The notes under the pieces: model-generated
Database searches by the model: none
What the model was told of the DNA's origin: nothing
The model's input: the letters and a program-made list of their open reading frames with translations, nothing else
Made by a program: the position numbers and the translations under genes
IMG/VR virus record: IMGVR_UViG_3300045988_022004
Length of the DNA: 60,777 nucleotides
Reading direction: 5' to 3' (one strand)
Source: a virus
Part shown: positions 38,826 through 50,070 of the stretch, piece after piece
How positions within the stretch are numbered: position 1 is the stretch's first letter
Layout of the letters: every line of letters begins with the position of its first letter

Positions 38826-39965
38826 TTAAGAGCCGACTGGTATTCTGTTATCATCGGCGCTTACAAAGTCTGTAAAAGTAGGGTATGAAGTTTCCCCACT
38901 AGAATCTTGGGACATAATAAATTCCGACACGGTCGACGTCCCCTTAATACCATAGTCGTTTTCTATCTGTACTATATCCCCCATTTTGAAATCTCTTCCA
39001 TACACAAACATAGTATGAGGATCGACGTCCCCGTCCATAGATATTGTATGTGGCTTCTCAGCTAGAGCCTCTTTGCCCTTCTGAGCAACTACTTTTAATC
39101 GTTCGGCGTCGCTCATCTTATGGTCCTCATCCTCAGATGTTATAGATCCCGCGTCAACATATATCTCACATCTATGCATTCCGCTTAATTGTTTCTGGGA
39201 TTCCCCATCCCTAGTTACTTCTTTAGTAATCTTCAATGGATTCCCTGATAACGTCTGTGTATCTCCATCCTCCCCAACAGTTAATGCAACATTCGCGTAA
39301 TCTTCTTTACTGTCAAGATAAGATGTGTTATTTAAGTTTTCAAATGACGGACTGAATACAACATATGGAGTTAATTGCTGTGCATAAGATCTATCGATAC
39401 CTTTGTACAGCTCAAACTCGAATTGTTTATTTTCATTTAGTGTAATTTTAAACCCAATTTGTTTCTCGACACAAAGTGAGTTTATTGCCTCGTATAAGTT
39501 TTCATGTTGCTCATATTTAGCGTCAATTGTTAAAGCAGTTATTCTGCTGTCTGTACTCTTCTTGAATACAAAGTTAGAAATCTTTCTTTCTGATTTTGAC
39601 GGCGATATGATAGCGTCATTTATTAGCTTCTGTACGCCATCTTGGAAATTGCCACTCAGGGTAGTATTGTCCCAGATGATCCTACGCTTCAATAAGCTCT
39701 CAAGGGAATAACCTATTACTTTAATTGTAGGTCCTTCTGTGGCATTTGTTTCTAGAAGCATTCCCTGAATAATCATCATGTGAACTGAACTATCATTTTG
39801 AAGATAGTAATCGTTGACTAGATAAGGGAATACCCCATCCATATCCAAAGTGAGGTATAGTTCAAAGTCCCCATTTTCTTGATACCTATCAGTCCAAATG
39901 AAGGACTTGAACCTGTCAATGATGGCTACTTTTTCAAACCGTGAGTTTAATATTGTAGCTTCCAT
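38826..39965 (-). CDS. Tail-associated protein (Tal; prophage-tail endopeptidase N-terminal type).
   Basis: Follows Dit. The N-terminus ILNSRFEKVAIIDRFKSFIWTDRY is typical of siphophage Tal proteins. Confidence 0.65.
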   Translation of the reverse strand: MEATILNSRFEKVAIIDRFKSFIWTDRYQENGDFELYLTLDMDGVFPYLVNDYYLQNDSSVHMMIIQGMLLETNATEGPTIKVIGYSLESLLKRRIIWDNTTLSGNFQDGVQKLINDAIISPSKSERKISNFVFKKSTDSRITALTIDAKYEQHENLYEAINSLCVEKQIGFKITLNENKQFEFELYKGIDRSYAQQLTPYVVFSPSFENLNNTSYLDSKEDYANVALTVGEDGDTQTLSGNPLKITKEVTRDGESQKQLSGMHRCEIYVDAGSITSEDEDHKMSDAERLKVVAQKGKEALAEKPHTISMDGDVDPHTMFVYGRDFKMGDIVQIENDYGIKGTSTVSEFIMSQDSSGETSYPTFTDFVSADDNRIPVGS

Positions 39966-39981
39966 TATTTACCTCCTTAAA

Positions 39982-40890
39982 TTATACTCCTTCATAGATT
40001 GTATCATTTTCAATCTTGAACTGAATACTCATTGCGCCTTCTGTAGCATTGTAAATGAAGATGTTATCTCCTTTTGACAGCTGAAACCAACTAGATCCTT
40101 TGCCTAGACAGTTTAGAATGTTTGTTGTCAGTCCAGCTCTCAATAATGTAACTGACTTTTCTCCTCGCTTAGTGTTAATGATAATATCATCTCCAGCACC
40201 ATATGCTTGTCCAGTTAAGGTCTGTATAAAGTCAGTATTTATCCTCATAACTTCACGAGTTCTAGCATTATAGATTACGATATCTTTTACCGTATCTAAT
40301 GCATGAATCGTTATTATTATGCCAACCGAAGCATCTCCTTTGTACGTTACTATATTCTCGTACATATGCACAATATCGCCGAAGTTTATGAGCTTTTCAG
40401 TTAACGAGTTGTTTTCAAATGGAAATTCAAATTTAGGATTGACGCCACTAAATAATGTAAGCGTCTTTCCATTAGTTGCATAAAAGTATGGATCTGGACA
40501 AATTACGGAAATCTGAGTTGCTTCGTGTTCCTGGAATATTGCAGGTTCATTTGACTCGACGTAACCGAAAGCGTCAAGAGATCTCTGATCCGTTACAAAT
40601 GTCAACGTGACGTATCTCTTGATAGGGAAATACTTATATGTAGTATGTCTAATAGTTTCGATGTCCGTTCCGAATCTAAAGTCCAGATCCATAACAATGT
40701 TTCTAGTTTCAAGCTTAGCACTATTGTATAATGCTCCGTCGCCGGTCGCTATCTCACTAGTATTGATCGTGGCCTTTACAGGCCCTAATCCATCGATGTT
40801 TGTTATAGCTAGACCCGAAACCTCAGGCCTAGCTAATTCCATTTCTAGGGATTCCCCTAAATAATTAGTAACAATTACTTTCTTTATCAT
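39982..40890 (-). CDS. Distal tail protein (Dit).
   Basis: Directly after the tape measure gene. Contains VTNYLGESLEMELARPEVSGLAITNIDGLGPVKATIN. Confidence 0.75.
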   Translation of the reverse strand: MIKKVIVTNYLGESLEMELARPEVSGLAITNIDGLGPVKATINTSEIATGDGALYNSAKLETRNIVMDLDFRFGTDIETIRHTTYKYFPIKRYVTLTFVTDQRSLDAFGYVESNEPAIFQEHEATQISVICPDPYFYATNGKTLTLFSGVNPKFEFPFENNSLTEKLINFGDIVHMYENIVTYKGDASVGIIITIHALDTVKDIVIYNARTREVMRINTDFIQTLTGQAYGAGDDIIINTKRGEKSVTLLRAGLTTNILNCLGKGSSWFQLSKGDNIFIYNATEGAMSIQFKIENDTIYEGV

Positions 40891-43800
40891 TTAAGAGCCC
40901 CCTTTAACTGACTAAACTGATTCTTTGTCTGTCGATATATCTCTGTATTAGATAATGCAACAGGGGAATTGTTTGTCTGATTGAATGTGTAGTTATTAGT
41001 TACATTGGTACTAGATCCTTTTAGAGCGCGACCAGTTTTACCCCTTCCGCCGTTCTGCAATGCCGCTAAGGCTTTGCTAAGACCGCTACCTTTGCCAAAC
41101 ACACTTCCGGCTATTCCACTAGCTATAGAAGCTGCCAAACCAGCGCTAGTTCCAGCTGCAGAAGATCCTGTTGCTGTTGCCACTGTACCGGATACTATAC
41201 TTGAAAGATTTGACGTATTTACATTAGCAGATAACGTAGGCATTCTTATCTTCGATAATACAGCGTTTACGGCATCTACTAAAGCTTGAGCAGCACTTAC
41301 AGCTGAAGGTATTGCACCTTTTATTCCGTTAGCGAATGAATTACCGAGTGAAGTTCCTTTTGATCCGGCTTTTCCACTGCCTTTTCCAAATTCAGACAAC
41401 GCTTTATTGACTACAGCTTTACAAGAGGCTTCTACAGTTGACAATACTGATGAAGATGAGAGTCCGATAGCAAAGCGCGTACCCATAGATTCTCCAGCAG
41501 ATTTAAAAGCTTTCTTGAAGTTTGTCTCTACGTAATTCGTGAAAGTAGAGCAAGCGTTCTTAGCAGATTTCTTTGCTGACTTTGCAACGCTGTCTGCAGT
41601 AGAGTCAATTCCAGCTTTAAATTGTCCTCCAGCTTTCTTGCCAGAAGACTTAAATGACGTATTTGTGTTAAGTGCTTCGCCAAATGACTTAGCAACTGCA
41701 TTAACTGTCTTTGTCGCTGCAGACCCTTTTAGATTTCTAGATGATCCTTTCTTAGAAGAGGTGGCTTTACCGGTAGCGGCATCAATCATTCCTTGATACA
41801 TAGAATTAACAGCTCCTAAACCTGCTTCTTTGTATGAGTCTGATACTTCTTTAGAAACTTCTTCGTTCATAGACAGTGTGTCTTTGTAATACTGATTTAT
41901 CTGTTTCTTTTCTTCAGGCGTCATTTGAAAATACGCGTCAACAATATCTGCGCCATCTAATCCTTTGTTGATTAACTCTTGAAGTAATCTAGGATCTAGA
42001 TCTTTCGATAGCACTACAATTTCGTCTCGCCATTTCTTAACAGATTCCATATTATCTTTTGCCTGCTGTAATATCTGATCTTTAGTCATTTGCATCTTCT
42101 CTTTGAATACTGCATTTGTTCGTTCAATCTGATCAGCCGTAGCAAGTCTGAATCCTTCGATATATGGTATTGCTTGTGTTCCTAGACTTTTAAGATAGTC
42201 AAGGAGCCCATCTGCGAAATTCATCTTTCGTAGTTCCTCGATACCTTCGATAACTCTCTTTTCAGCATTAACCTGAGACCACATACGGTCTATGATGGTA
42301 TCATTGCCAAGATCATTAACGACTTCTTCATATCTGGTAAAGTAATCCGTAGAACTTGAAATATCAAAGTTTGCGAATGATGTAAAACTGTCAAGGCTGC
42401 TCTTTACAGATTCTGCCATAGACTTAGCAGTATCTTCGATTTTCTTCTTCGCATCATCCCAATCATTATTAATTTTCTTGAGATTCTTCTCCATTTCTTT
42501 GGCTGCTTCTGAAACAGCATTAGGGATTTCTTTTACGTCCTTCTTAACCTCTTTCGCAGTTTTCTTTACATTCTTCTTAGCCTTCTTCTTAGCTGCCTCT
42601 TTTTCCTTCTTTAAAGCAAACGACTTAATAATATCATTAGCTCCAGACTTTTGAAGTTTAAGATTCTTAACGTATACATTGTTGATTTCTTTACGCTCTT
42701 CGTCTGAAAACGTTAGCATCTCTAATACTTTACTAAGATTTCCAGGTCCTTCATCAACCAATTCCTGAACAAGGCGAATATCCCAACCTTGGTTGAGCAT
42801 CTTCTTTATGGAATTCTTCCATTTAACAGCATCTTGATAGGTTTTCTTATAAGAAGCAATAATGTCTTCTTTGCTTTGTTTACTGGCTTCTGCATAAGCT
42901 GTATTCGCTCTATCGATTTCTTCTTTCGAAGCATTAGCGAATAGCTTAATGTACGCATAACCAGACTCACCCATACCTTTAAGAGTGTCGATAAGTCCCT
43001 TGCTAAGTCCCTTCTTTGCCGCCTGCGCAAGATTATCTTTCATTTCCTGATAACCTTCAACCTGACTTTCCATGTTCTTAAGAACAGTACTCATTTCGTC
43101 GTCCATAGAATCAGAGAACTCTGAGAATATATTTCTAGAGTTATCGAATGCAATATTCGTAAACTTAGTATATTCTTTTATTGAATTAATGATGTTGTTT
43201 CTATATTCTTTGAACGTTGAGTTAATGTTAGATTGTATGCTTTTCTGATCTTCTTTCAGCTGTTTTACAGCATTTTTGATTGCTGTGTTATTTTCCTTAA
43301 TGGCTGAATTAAGATTCTTTTTATTAAGCTTCTTACCTGATGCGCTAAGGCCCTTCTTCAAACGATCCTGTGTTTTAAGAAGCTTCTTCAAAGCTGCTTC
43401 GTGCTGTTTAACGGACTTTGTATCTTCTTTATACTGATCTGATTCCTTATACAGGGCAATAGCAAAATTCTTGATAGTTTTTTCGGCAGTTTTAGTAGCT
43501 TTACTAAGTGTCTTAAGCTTAGGTGTTGTCTTAAGCAGCTCTTTTCCTAAACTCTTAGAAATTTTAGTAATCGTCTCATACGGAGTTTTATTGAATGAGC
43601 TTACAGCCTTATCGAAAGTCTTTCCAAACTGATAAGCGACCTTAATGATTTTGGTCATCTTTATCTTTGCTTTCTTACTGTTCTTTTTAGACTTACTTGC
43701 GATCTTCTTAGAAGTTGCATCGTATGCGCTAGTTACGCCAGCTCCAGTTTTGTTAGCATTTTTGATAATATCTTTTGTCGTTTTATCCATTTGATCAGAG

Positions 43801-46800
43801 AATGTACTGTTACCGGAATTAAGAATACCATTTACAGTGTTCATGATCTTGTCGACATCAGAATTTCCAACTGATTTATTAATCGATTTCTTTATCCCCT
43901 TAACGTATCCGCTAACTGCTTTTTCTGCTTTCTTAGCGCCATCCTTTATACCTTTTCCTGCGCCTAGCAAAGCCCCTCTTCCAGCGTCGATACCTGCAAG
44001 TTCAATGTCTCCAGCTGTTGATTTAACACCTTTAACAAAACCTTCTCCAGCATAAACACCAACTTTATTGGTTTTCTTGGAAGGGGAATGCTCGTCAAGA
44101 GATTTCTTGCTCTTCATGCCCTTAAGTAATTGATTTCCTAAGGAAACGCCAGTAGAGTATACATCCGAACTCTTGTTCTTCGCCCCGCTCATAAATCCTA
44201 TAGCCGCGTTAGCTCCAGCTGTACTAAAATCTTTAGAATTAGATCTCATGCCGCTAGCAAGATTCTTAGCTAATGACGAACCTGCATCTTTGAATTTTGA
44301 ATTGTAATCCTTGAATGTGCTATTAGCGGTACTAAGAGCGCTATTTACCACTGAATTAAATCCATCGGTAGTATCTGTATCCGATTTAAATGCATCAGTG
44401 ACGTATTTCAAGAACTTCTTAGCTACGCTTGATGACGGAGACTTCATATCTTCGCTGTTATTTTTCATTCCAGTGGAAATCCACCCAACAACCTTAGAGC
44501 CAACCTTTTCAAAGTCCCCCGATTTTGATTCAAATCCATTCTGTACGGATTTTAGAGAAGTCTTACCCAAAGCCTTAAATGCTTTGTTCATATCCTTGAC
44601 TTTCTTGTCCAGTCCACCCTTAACACCGTTCAGAGAATTGATGAAATCGGACAATTGCTTAGCGATAGTTCCTGCGTTAGATGTATCAGCTCCTTTTATT
44701 GTAGTTGAAAAGCTGACAAAACTCTCACCAAATGATACAAGGTTCTTTCCGAACTTCTTTAAGCTCTCCTTGTTTCCACCAAAGAGTATGCTTTTAGCAG
44801 ATGTCGCTTCTGGAAGGTCATCGTTCAACTTCGCAACAGATGTAGCAGCAGCCGATGTAGCTGTTATAGTTGAGGTATCGATTCCGGATACTGTTTTAGA
44901 GTATTTAGCAAATGATTTACCAAATGAGACCATACTCTTACCGAAAGTCCCTAAGTCCTGAGAACCTCCGACAAACCATTCTTTCATGCCATCCAAACTC
45001 GGTATTGTTCCAGCTAATTTTGTAATTGTCATTGCTGCTGATGACGTTGCCTTTATCGATTCAGTATCAACTTTAGATACAGTGTCAGAGTATTTAGCAA
45101 ATGATTTACCAAATGAGACCATACTCTTACCGAAAGTTCCCAAATCTTCAGAGCCACCAACAAACCATTCTTTCATGCCGTCCAAACTAGGAATGGAGTT
45201 GGCAAATTCTGTTATTGTCATTGCGGCCGCAGATGTTGCTTTTACGGTTTCTGTATTAACGCCGGCCACTAGACTAGAATAAGTAGCAAATGCTGCTCCA
45301 AACGGTATAAGAGATAAACCGAATAAAGTTAAACTTTTAGATCCTGTTAATAGCTGTTTTAATCCACCAGCTTCAGGTATAGCATTTGCTAAATCAGTCA
45401 ATGTTTGTGCCGCAGAAGATGTTCCTTTGATTACCCCAGGATTTATGTTAGCAACTTCCGTAGCATACATTGCAAATGCTGCTCCAAATGGTATAAGAGA
45501 TAATCCAAAATCAGCGAGATCCTTTGTCCCGGCTAATAGCTGCGCTAATCCTCCAGATCTTGGTATGGCTTTTGCCAACTCGACTAGTGTTTTGGCCGCT
45601 ACAGCAGTGCCCTTAACTGTTTCTGGATTGACATTTGCTACTTGATCGCCATATGCTTTCATACCAGCGCCAAGATACAGTAACTGATAAGCAAATTTCT
45701 TAATTGGATCTTGGCCAAGGTTAATAAATGTTGAGATAGCATTCACAATCTCAGCTCCAGCTATTTTGACAATGCATCCTGCTAGTACAGACATAGACGA
45801 TCCTATCTCTGGTTTGACTTTACCCATCGTAGCCAAGAATGGCTGCAGTTTCTTTGCAAAGTCCGATAAGTTAGTAGCTATTTGCGGTAGTCCATCTGTG
45901 ATTCCCTGGCCAACACCGGATATAATTCCGCCGACTAACTTTCCTAAGCCTTCGCCTAGAAGTTCCATTATCTGAACTCCACCATTCATGAAATCCTGGA
46001 ATCCAGGTATCTTATTAAGACCTCCTAGTACGGCTATAATTGCTGCGAGTCCAGCAACAAATATAGAGAAACTCTCTAATGCAGATACGGCTCCAGGAAA
46101 TGGAATGGCTTGCAATATTAGCATAGATGCCGATACAGATAATAGAACCATACTTAATCCGGCTGACGCTGCTAACGATCGCTTCCAATCTAATTGAGCT
46201 AACAGCGCAATGACCCCAGTGATTTCCAAAAGAATTGCGCCAGCTAAAAGAACACTAGGCTGTACTTTTTCGACGCCAGAGAATCCTTTTAAACATAATG
46301 TAAATACACTTAAAAGCAATGATATTGCTGCTGATCCTGCTATAACTCCAGTTGGATCTAATTGAGCTAACAGCGCTATAACTCCAGCTATCTCTCCAAC
46401 AACCAAGGCAGCCACTATTACTGACTTCTTAGCGTCGATTGACACATCACCGGCTTTTATCATGGCAGACATACATAATATTATAGAATCTACAGCTGCG
46501 GTCGCTCCTGCCATTTTCGATTGATCTAGACCAGATAATACGGCAATAGCTGCAGTCAATATCAATATAGATCCAGCAACCGTTACCATCATCACACCGG
46601 CTCTAGCGGCATATTGACCAGCTTTAGCTGAAGCTTTTATTAGAGTACCAATAGGAATCATTAAAGCTATCAGATCGGCTATACATTTTGCAGTCGTCTT
46701 AAGGTCGTACCTTTGAAGCTTTTCGAATGCTTTTAATAAAACATGCAGACTAACTGTAAAACTAAGGAGCAGAACACCTGCTTTTGCGGCATTTGGTCCA

Positions 46801-49682
46801 GCTTTAGCAGATGCTTTAAATAGCAGCATCATTGTTCCGAATACCACTGCAAATTGTTTCCATCCTTTTTTCATGGAACTAAAGTCCATTTTGGAAATTT
46901 TAGACATCGCTTTTGCTAATCCATATATAGCCGCTACTGAAGCCAATAATGTAATAGCTCCTCTAGTACCACCTAGAGCATTTGCTTTTCCAACTGCGAT
47001 CATAAGTACTGATAATGATCCAACGGCTAATACCAATGCCCCAATTGTACTTCCGGCATCATCTATATAATACCCGGATAATTGTTTAAGGGCTTTAACC
47101 ATAAGTAGCAACGAAGCTGCTAATGCTACAATTTGAAGAGCTCCAGCAGCTGCTAATTTGGAATCAGCGCCCATTGTATATTTAGCTAATGCTCCAGAAC
47201 ATATAGTAATTACTCCAACTAAACCAGTAATTACTCCAATGTTAATAGCCATAGACTTGTTAATGGTCACATTTTGAAGTTTTTCTAATGCTATTGTCAT
47301 TAGCAGAATGCTTCCAGCAATAGAAATGACCATTGCAGATACACCAGAAAATCCTTTTGCTAACTTTTCTGTAGAAATAGAACCAATTGTATAAGCAAAT
47401 GCTGCTAATGCTGTTCCTAATATACCTATTAAAACAACTGCTCCTTCTACACGATCCTGAGGTAGCATGGTAAGTAAAGCTATAGACCCAACCAATATAG
47501 CGATTGCTTTCGCTATCTTAATAACTATATCAGCTTTGATTGAGTCTTGCCAGGTTTTAAGTGTTAAAGCTCCCTGGTTCATAAGCTTAATAAAACTATT
47601 ACCAATCGCTGCTGGCAAGGCAAATAAACCACCGAACCTATCGGTAAGCACTGATAATAACTTAGAGAGATTATAAAGGGCCTTTACAGAAACCCCTCCT
47701 AACAATATGGTTAAGATGTTAGCTGTATTAACCTTTCCAGATTTATCTTCAACGAAAGAAAATACACCATTAAATGTATCAATCATCGTTTTCTTAAATC
47801 CGTCTGCCTGATCGGTCCAACCTTTAAAATATCCTGTTATCTTAGACCTAAGAGAATATAATTTCGAAGTAAAAGAATCTATCGAATCTCCTGCTCCACC
47901 AAAACTCTCTTTGGCAACCGCTCCTATTCCAAGGATGGTACTGAGTAAAGCTTTGAAATCTATATGCCCAACTTCTTTACAATGATCGATAAACTCATCA
48001 ATCAGTTTTCCTGCATTTTCGCCAAAGTCTTTTATATCTGGCCACAGTGTTTTAACTATTAATTCGTCTAACAGTTTTATTACTTCCTGTGTACCTTTCC
48101 AATTCCATATCGCTTTTGCGAAATACTCAATGTTTTTGATTGAAAACGCTATTGCTGATGATATCAGATTAACGCCTTTGGCCACTACATCAGATACCTT
48201 CGCAAACTTGTCAAATTGAACGATTCCATCACCGAGAACTGCAGTAAGATCAAGTACACTATTTACAGATACTCCCAATAATTTAGAAATAATCTGTAAA
48301 GAGATTTTAAGTCCTACGCCAAGAACATTTTTAACAATTTTTATAATTGTAAACAGACCCTTTAAAGTTCGATATAATTTATCGACTTTATCTCTAGACA
48401 TTATCAGTTTCTTAGTAAAGACTTCGAATGCATCAGTTATACTCTTTATTTCTTTTGCATTCTTTTCTGGGAATATAGCCCTATAAGCAACTCTAAAGGT
48501 ATCTAATATCCCTACCGCAGATGCCATTACATTAACAAATGAACGCATTAAAGAATTTCGTCCACCCATTTTCTTCCAAGCATCTAGAGTAGCATTCTTA
48601 GCGGCAAATGTTTTTACGATGTAGTTACCGATTATATTGTCTAAGAAGCCCCAAAGTTTTTTAGATTCTTCGAAGTTACCAAATATCGTTTCCCATGTAT
48701 GTTCCCATCCAGAACCGATAGCTTCTTTCCAAGCTGCGAACATCTGCCCAGCATCTTTAAATTCTGAAGCCGCAGCATATGCTTTTTGACCAAGTTCTGT
48801 TGTTTCATCGGTATATTTGCTAAGCGTCTGAACAAGAACATCAGTAGTCATCCACTGATACTGAAGGTTATCATTCCAGTTCTTTGTAGCATTAAATGCG
48901 TCGGATGTAGCTCCTTTAGCATTCGTAGTTGTTGTATAATAGTCCTCGCCTTTTTTGACGACTGTACCTAGAGCAACGGCAGTATCAAGCAAGTTCTGTT
49001 TGAAATCCATTGTAGCCATATTCGCAACTTCGATTGATTTCCAGTCGATAAGTTTTACGTATCCAGCCGATAATGCCTGAGCAAAGTTATACATTGCGTG
49101 GGACGCCTGTTCTGCATTTGCACCAGAAATTGCTGCTTCGTTTGATACACCTTTGATTGCCGCAACTGCGTCTTTTAACCCAACACCAGCATTCGTAAAT
49201 TTTCCAATATTTGCGGTCATGTCTGAGAACGAATAAATAGTTCTATCCGAGTACGTATTAAGTTCGTCAAGATACTTATTTACCGTAGACAAACTTTCTC
49301 CAGTGGACATAATAATTGTCTGAATAGAGTTCATCTTTAATTTATATTCGTTCCAACCATCGGACATACCATCAAAAGCTAAAGCCGATACTATTTTTTT
49401 GCCTGCGTCAACAGCTGCATTTGTAAGTCGATTCAACACACTCATAACTACGGTATCCATAGCTGAGAATTTGACTTGAACTGCTTCTACCGCTCTGCCC
49501 ATTCCGTCCATGTTGAACTTTTTAGTCTCATTTTGAAATTTAGCAAGACTCTTTCCAGACTCACTAAAGTCGATGCTTTTCTTAAGAGCTTCTATAGATT
49601 TTTGACTTTGACGAATTTTTTTCTCGAATTGTCCATTCTCAAATTGCATTCGAACAACGTCGTCTTCAACAACTTTACCCAT
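40887..49682 (-). CDS. Tape measure protein, 2931 aa.
   Basis: The ATG at 49682 follows AAGGAGGTCACTGGATA. It has coiled-coil regions, a central block of many hydrophobic helices, internal repeats, and sits between the chaperones and Dit. Confidence 0.9.
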   Translation of the reverse strand: MGKVVEDDVVRMQFENGQFEKKIRQSQKSIEALKKSIDFSESGKSLAKFQNETKKFNMDGMGRAVEAVQVKFSAMDTVVMSVLNRLTNAAVDAGKKIVSALAFDGMSDGWNEYKLKMNSIQTIIMSTGESLSTVNKYLDELNTYSDRTIYSFSDMTANIGKFTNAGVGLKDAVAAIKGVSNEAAISGANAEQASHAMYNFAQALSAGYVKLIDWKSIEVANMATMDFKQNLLDTAVALGTVVKKGEDYYTTTTNAKGATSDAFNATKNWNDNLQYQWMTTDVLVQTLSKYTDETTELGQKAYAAASEFKDAGQMFAAWKEAIGSGWEHTWETIFGNFEESKKLWGFLDNIIGNYIVKTFAAKNATLDAWKKMGGRNSLMRSFVNVMASAVGILDTFRVAYRAIFPEKNAKEIKSITDAFEVFTKKLIMSRDKVDKLYRTLKGLFTIIKIVKNVLGVGLKISLQIISKLLGVSVNSVLDLTAVLGDGIVQFDKFAKVSDVVAKGVNLISSAIAFSIKNIEYFAKAIWNWKGTQEVIKLLDELIVKTLWPDIKDFGENAGKLIDEFIDHCKEVGHIDFKALLSTILGIGAVAKESFGGAGDSIDSFTSKLYSLRSKITGYFKGWTDQADGFKKTMIDTFNGVFSFVEDKSGKVNTANILTILLGGVSVKALYNLSKLLSVLTDRFGGLFALPAAIGNSFIKLMNQGALTLKTWQDSIKADIVIKIAKAIAILVGSIALLTMLPQDRVEGAVVLIGILGTALAAFAYTIGSISTEKLAKGFSGVSAMVISIAGSILLMTIALEKLQNVTINKSMAINIGVITGLVGVITICSGALAKYTMGADSKLAAAGALQIVALAASLLLMVKALKQLSGYYIDDAGSTIGALVLAVGSLSVLMIAVGKANALGGTRGAITLLASVAAIYGLAKAMSKISKMDFSSMKKGWKQFAVVFGTMMLLFKASAKAGPNAAKAGVLLLSFTVSLHVLLKAFEKLQRYDLKTTAKCIADLIALMIPIGTLIKASAKAGQYAARAGVMMVTVAGSILILTAAIAVLSGLDQSKMAGATAAVDSIILCMSAMIKAGDVSIDAKKSVIVAALVVGEIAGVIALLAQLDPTGVIAGSAAISLLLSVFTLCLKGFSGVEKVQPSVLLAGAILLEITGVIALLAQLDWKRSLAASAGLSMVLLSVSASMLILQAIPFPGAVSALESFSIFVAGLAAIIAVLGGLNKIPGFQDFMNGGVQIMELLGEGLGKLVGGIISGVGQGITDGLPQIATNLSDFAKKLQPFLATMGKVKPEIGSSMSVLAGCIVKIAGAEIVNAISTFINLGQDPIKKFAYQLLYLGAGMKAYGDQVANVNPETVKGTAVAAKTLVELAKAIPRSGGLAQLLAGTKDLADFGLSLIPFGAAFAMYATEVANINPGVIKGTSSAAQTLTDLANAIPEAGGLKQLLTGSKSLTLFGLSLIPFGAAFATYSSLVAGVNTETVKATSAAAMTITEFANSIPSLDGMKEWFVGGSEDLGTFGKSMVSFGKSFAKYSDTVSKVDTESIKATSSAAMTITKLAGTIPSLDGMKEWFVGGSQDLGTFGKSMVSFGKSFAKYSKTVSGIDTSTITATSAAATSVAKLNDDLPEATSAKSILFGGNKESLKKFGKNLVSFGESFVSFSTTIKGADTSNAGTIAKQLSDFINSLNGVKGGLDKKVKDMNKAFKALGKTSLKSVQNGFESKSGDFEKVGSKVVGWISTGMKNNSEDMKSPSSSVAKKFLKYVTDAFKSDTDTTDGFNSVVNSALSTANSTFKDYNSKFKDAGSSLAKNLASGMRSNSKDFSTAGANAAIGFMSGAKNKSSDVYSTGVSLGNQLLKGMKSKKSLDEHSPSKKTNKVGVYAGEGFVKGVKSTAGDIELAGIDAGRGALLGAGKGIKDGAKKAEKAVSGYVKGIKKSINKSVGNSDVDKIMNTVNGILNSGNSTFSDQMDKTTKDIIKNANKTGAGVTSAYDATSKKIASKSKKNSKKAKIKMTKIIKVAYQFGKTFDKAVSSFNKTPYETITKISKSLGKELLKTTPKLKTLSKATKTAEKTIKNFAIALYKESDQYKEDTKSVKQHEAALKKLLKTQDRLKKGLSASGKKLNKKNLNSAIKENNTAIKNAVKQLKEDQKSIQSNINSTFKEYRNNIINSIKEYTKFTNIAFDNSRNIFSEFSDSMDDEMSTVLKNMESQVEGYQEMKDNLAQAAKKGLSKGLIDTLKGMGESGYAYIKLFANASKEEIDRANTAYAEASKQSKEDIIASYKKTYQDAVKWKNSIKKMLNQGWDIRLVQELVDEGPGNLSKVLEMLTFSDEERKEINNVYVKNLKLQKSGANDIIKSFALKKEKEAAKKKAKKNVKKTAKEVKKDVKEIPNAVSEAAKEMEKNLKKINNDWDDAKKKIEDTAKSMAESVKSSLDSFTSFANFDISSSTDYFTRYEEVVNDLGNDTIIDRMWSQVNAEKRVIEGIEELRKMNFADGLLDYLKSLGTQAIPYIEGFRLATADQIERTNAVFKEKMQMTKDQILQQAKDNMESVKKWRDEIVVLSKDLDPRLLQELINKGLDGADIVDAYFQMTPEEKKQINQYYKDTLSMNEEVSKEVSDSYKEAGLGAVNSMYQGMIDAATGKATSSKKGSSRNLKGSAATKTVNAVAKSFGEALNTNTSFKSSGKKAGGQFKAGIDSTADSVAKSAKKSAKNACSTFTNYVETNFKKAFKSAGESMGTRFAIGLSSSSVLSTVEASCKAVVNKALSEFGKGSGKAGSKGTSLGNSFANGIKGAIPSAVSAAQALVDAVNAVLSKIRMPTLSANVNTSNLSSIVSGTVATATGSSAAGTSAGLAASIASGIAGSVFGKGSGLSKALAALQNGGRGKTGRALKGSSTNVTNNYTFNQTNNSPVALSNTEIYRQTKNQFSQLKGALK
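44690..45700 (-). repeat. About six tandem 62-63-aa (186-189 bp) repeats inside the tape measure gene.
   Basis: Two adjacent units are near-identical (SLDGMKEWFVGGS(E/Q)DLGTFGKSMVSFGKSFAKYS); their DNA is offset by 189 bp. The boundaries are approximate. Confidence 0.75.
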
Positions 49683-50056
49683 TATCCAGTGACCTCCTTC
49701 CAAGCATCTTTAGCTAGCCTATCAAATACCGGTTTTAAAGCCGGGTTAATATAGTCAACCCCCTGAACATATCCACCATTTCTAGTTCCATGCCCATATT
49801 GTAGAATAATAGCTATATTCACATGGTTCACTACATTAGAATTTTTAAACACTAAACTTATAGATCCGTTATCGCGCACTATTTCATAATACCACGATGC
49901 AGCTGTTACTCCTGTTGATACCGGAGTTGCAGCCTTGAGGGCGGCTACGCCTTCACGTCCGTACTTATTTAATATACCGACGTTAACGCCTTCCAAAAGC
50001 TTTTCGAAATAATTATCGAGCTTTTTAAAATTGCCCTCAAGTTTGCATCTGATCAT
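49682..50056 (-). CDS. HK97 gp10-like tail-completion / neck protein.
   Basis: ATPVSTGVTAASW...ILQYGHGTRNGGYVQG.DYINPAL pattern. Confidence 0.5.
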   Translation of the reverse strand: MIRCKLEGNFKKLDNYFEKLLEGVNVGILNKYGREGVAALKAATPVSTGVTAASWYYEIVRDNGSISLVFKNSNVVNHVNIAIILQYGHGTRNGGYVQGVDYINPALKPVFDRLAKDAWKEVTG

Positions 50057-50070
50057 GTCATTCTCCTTTA

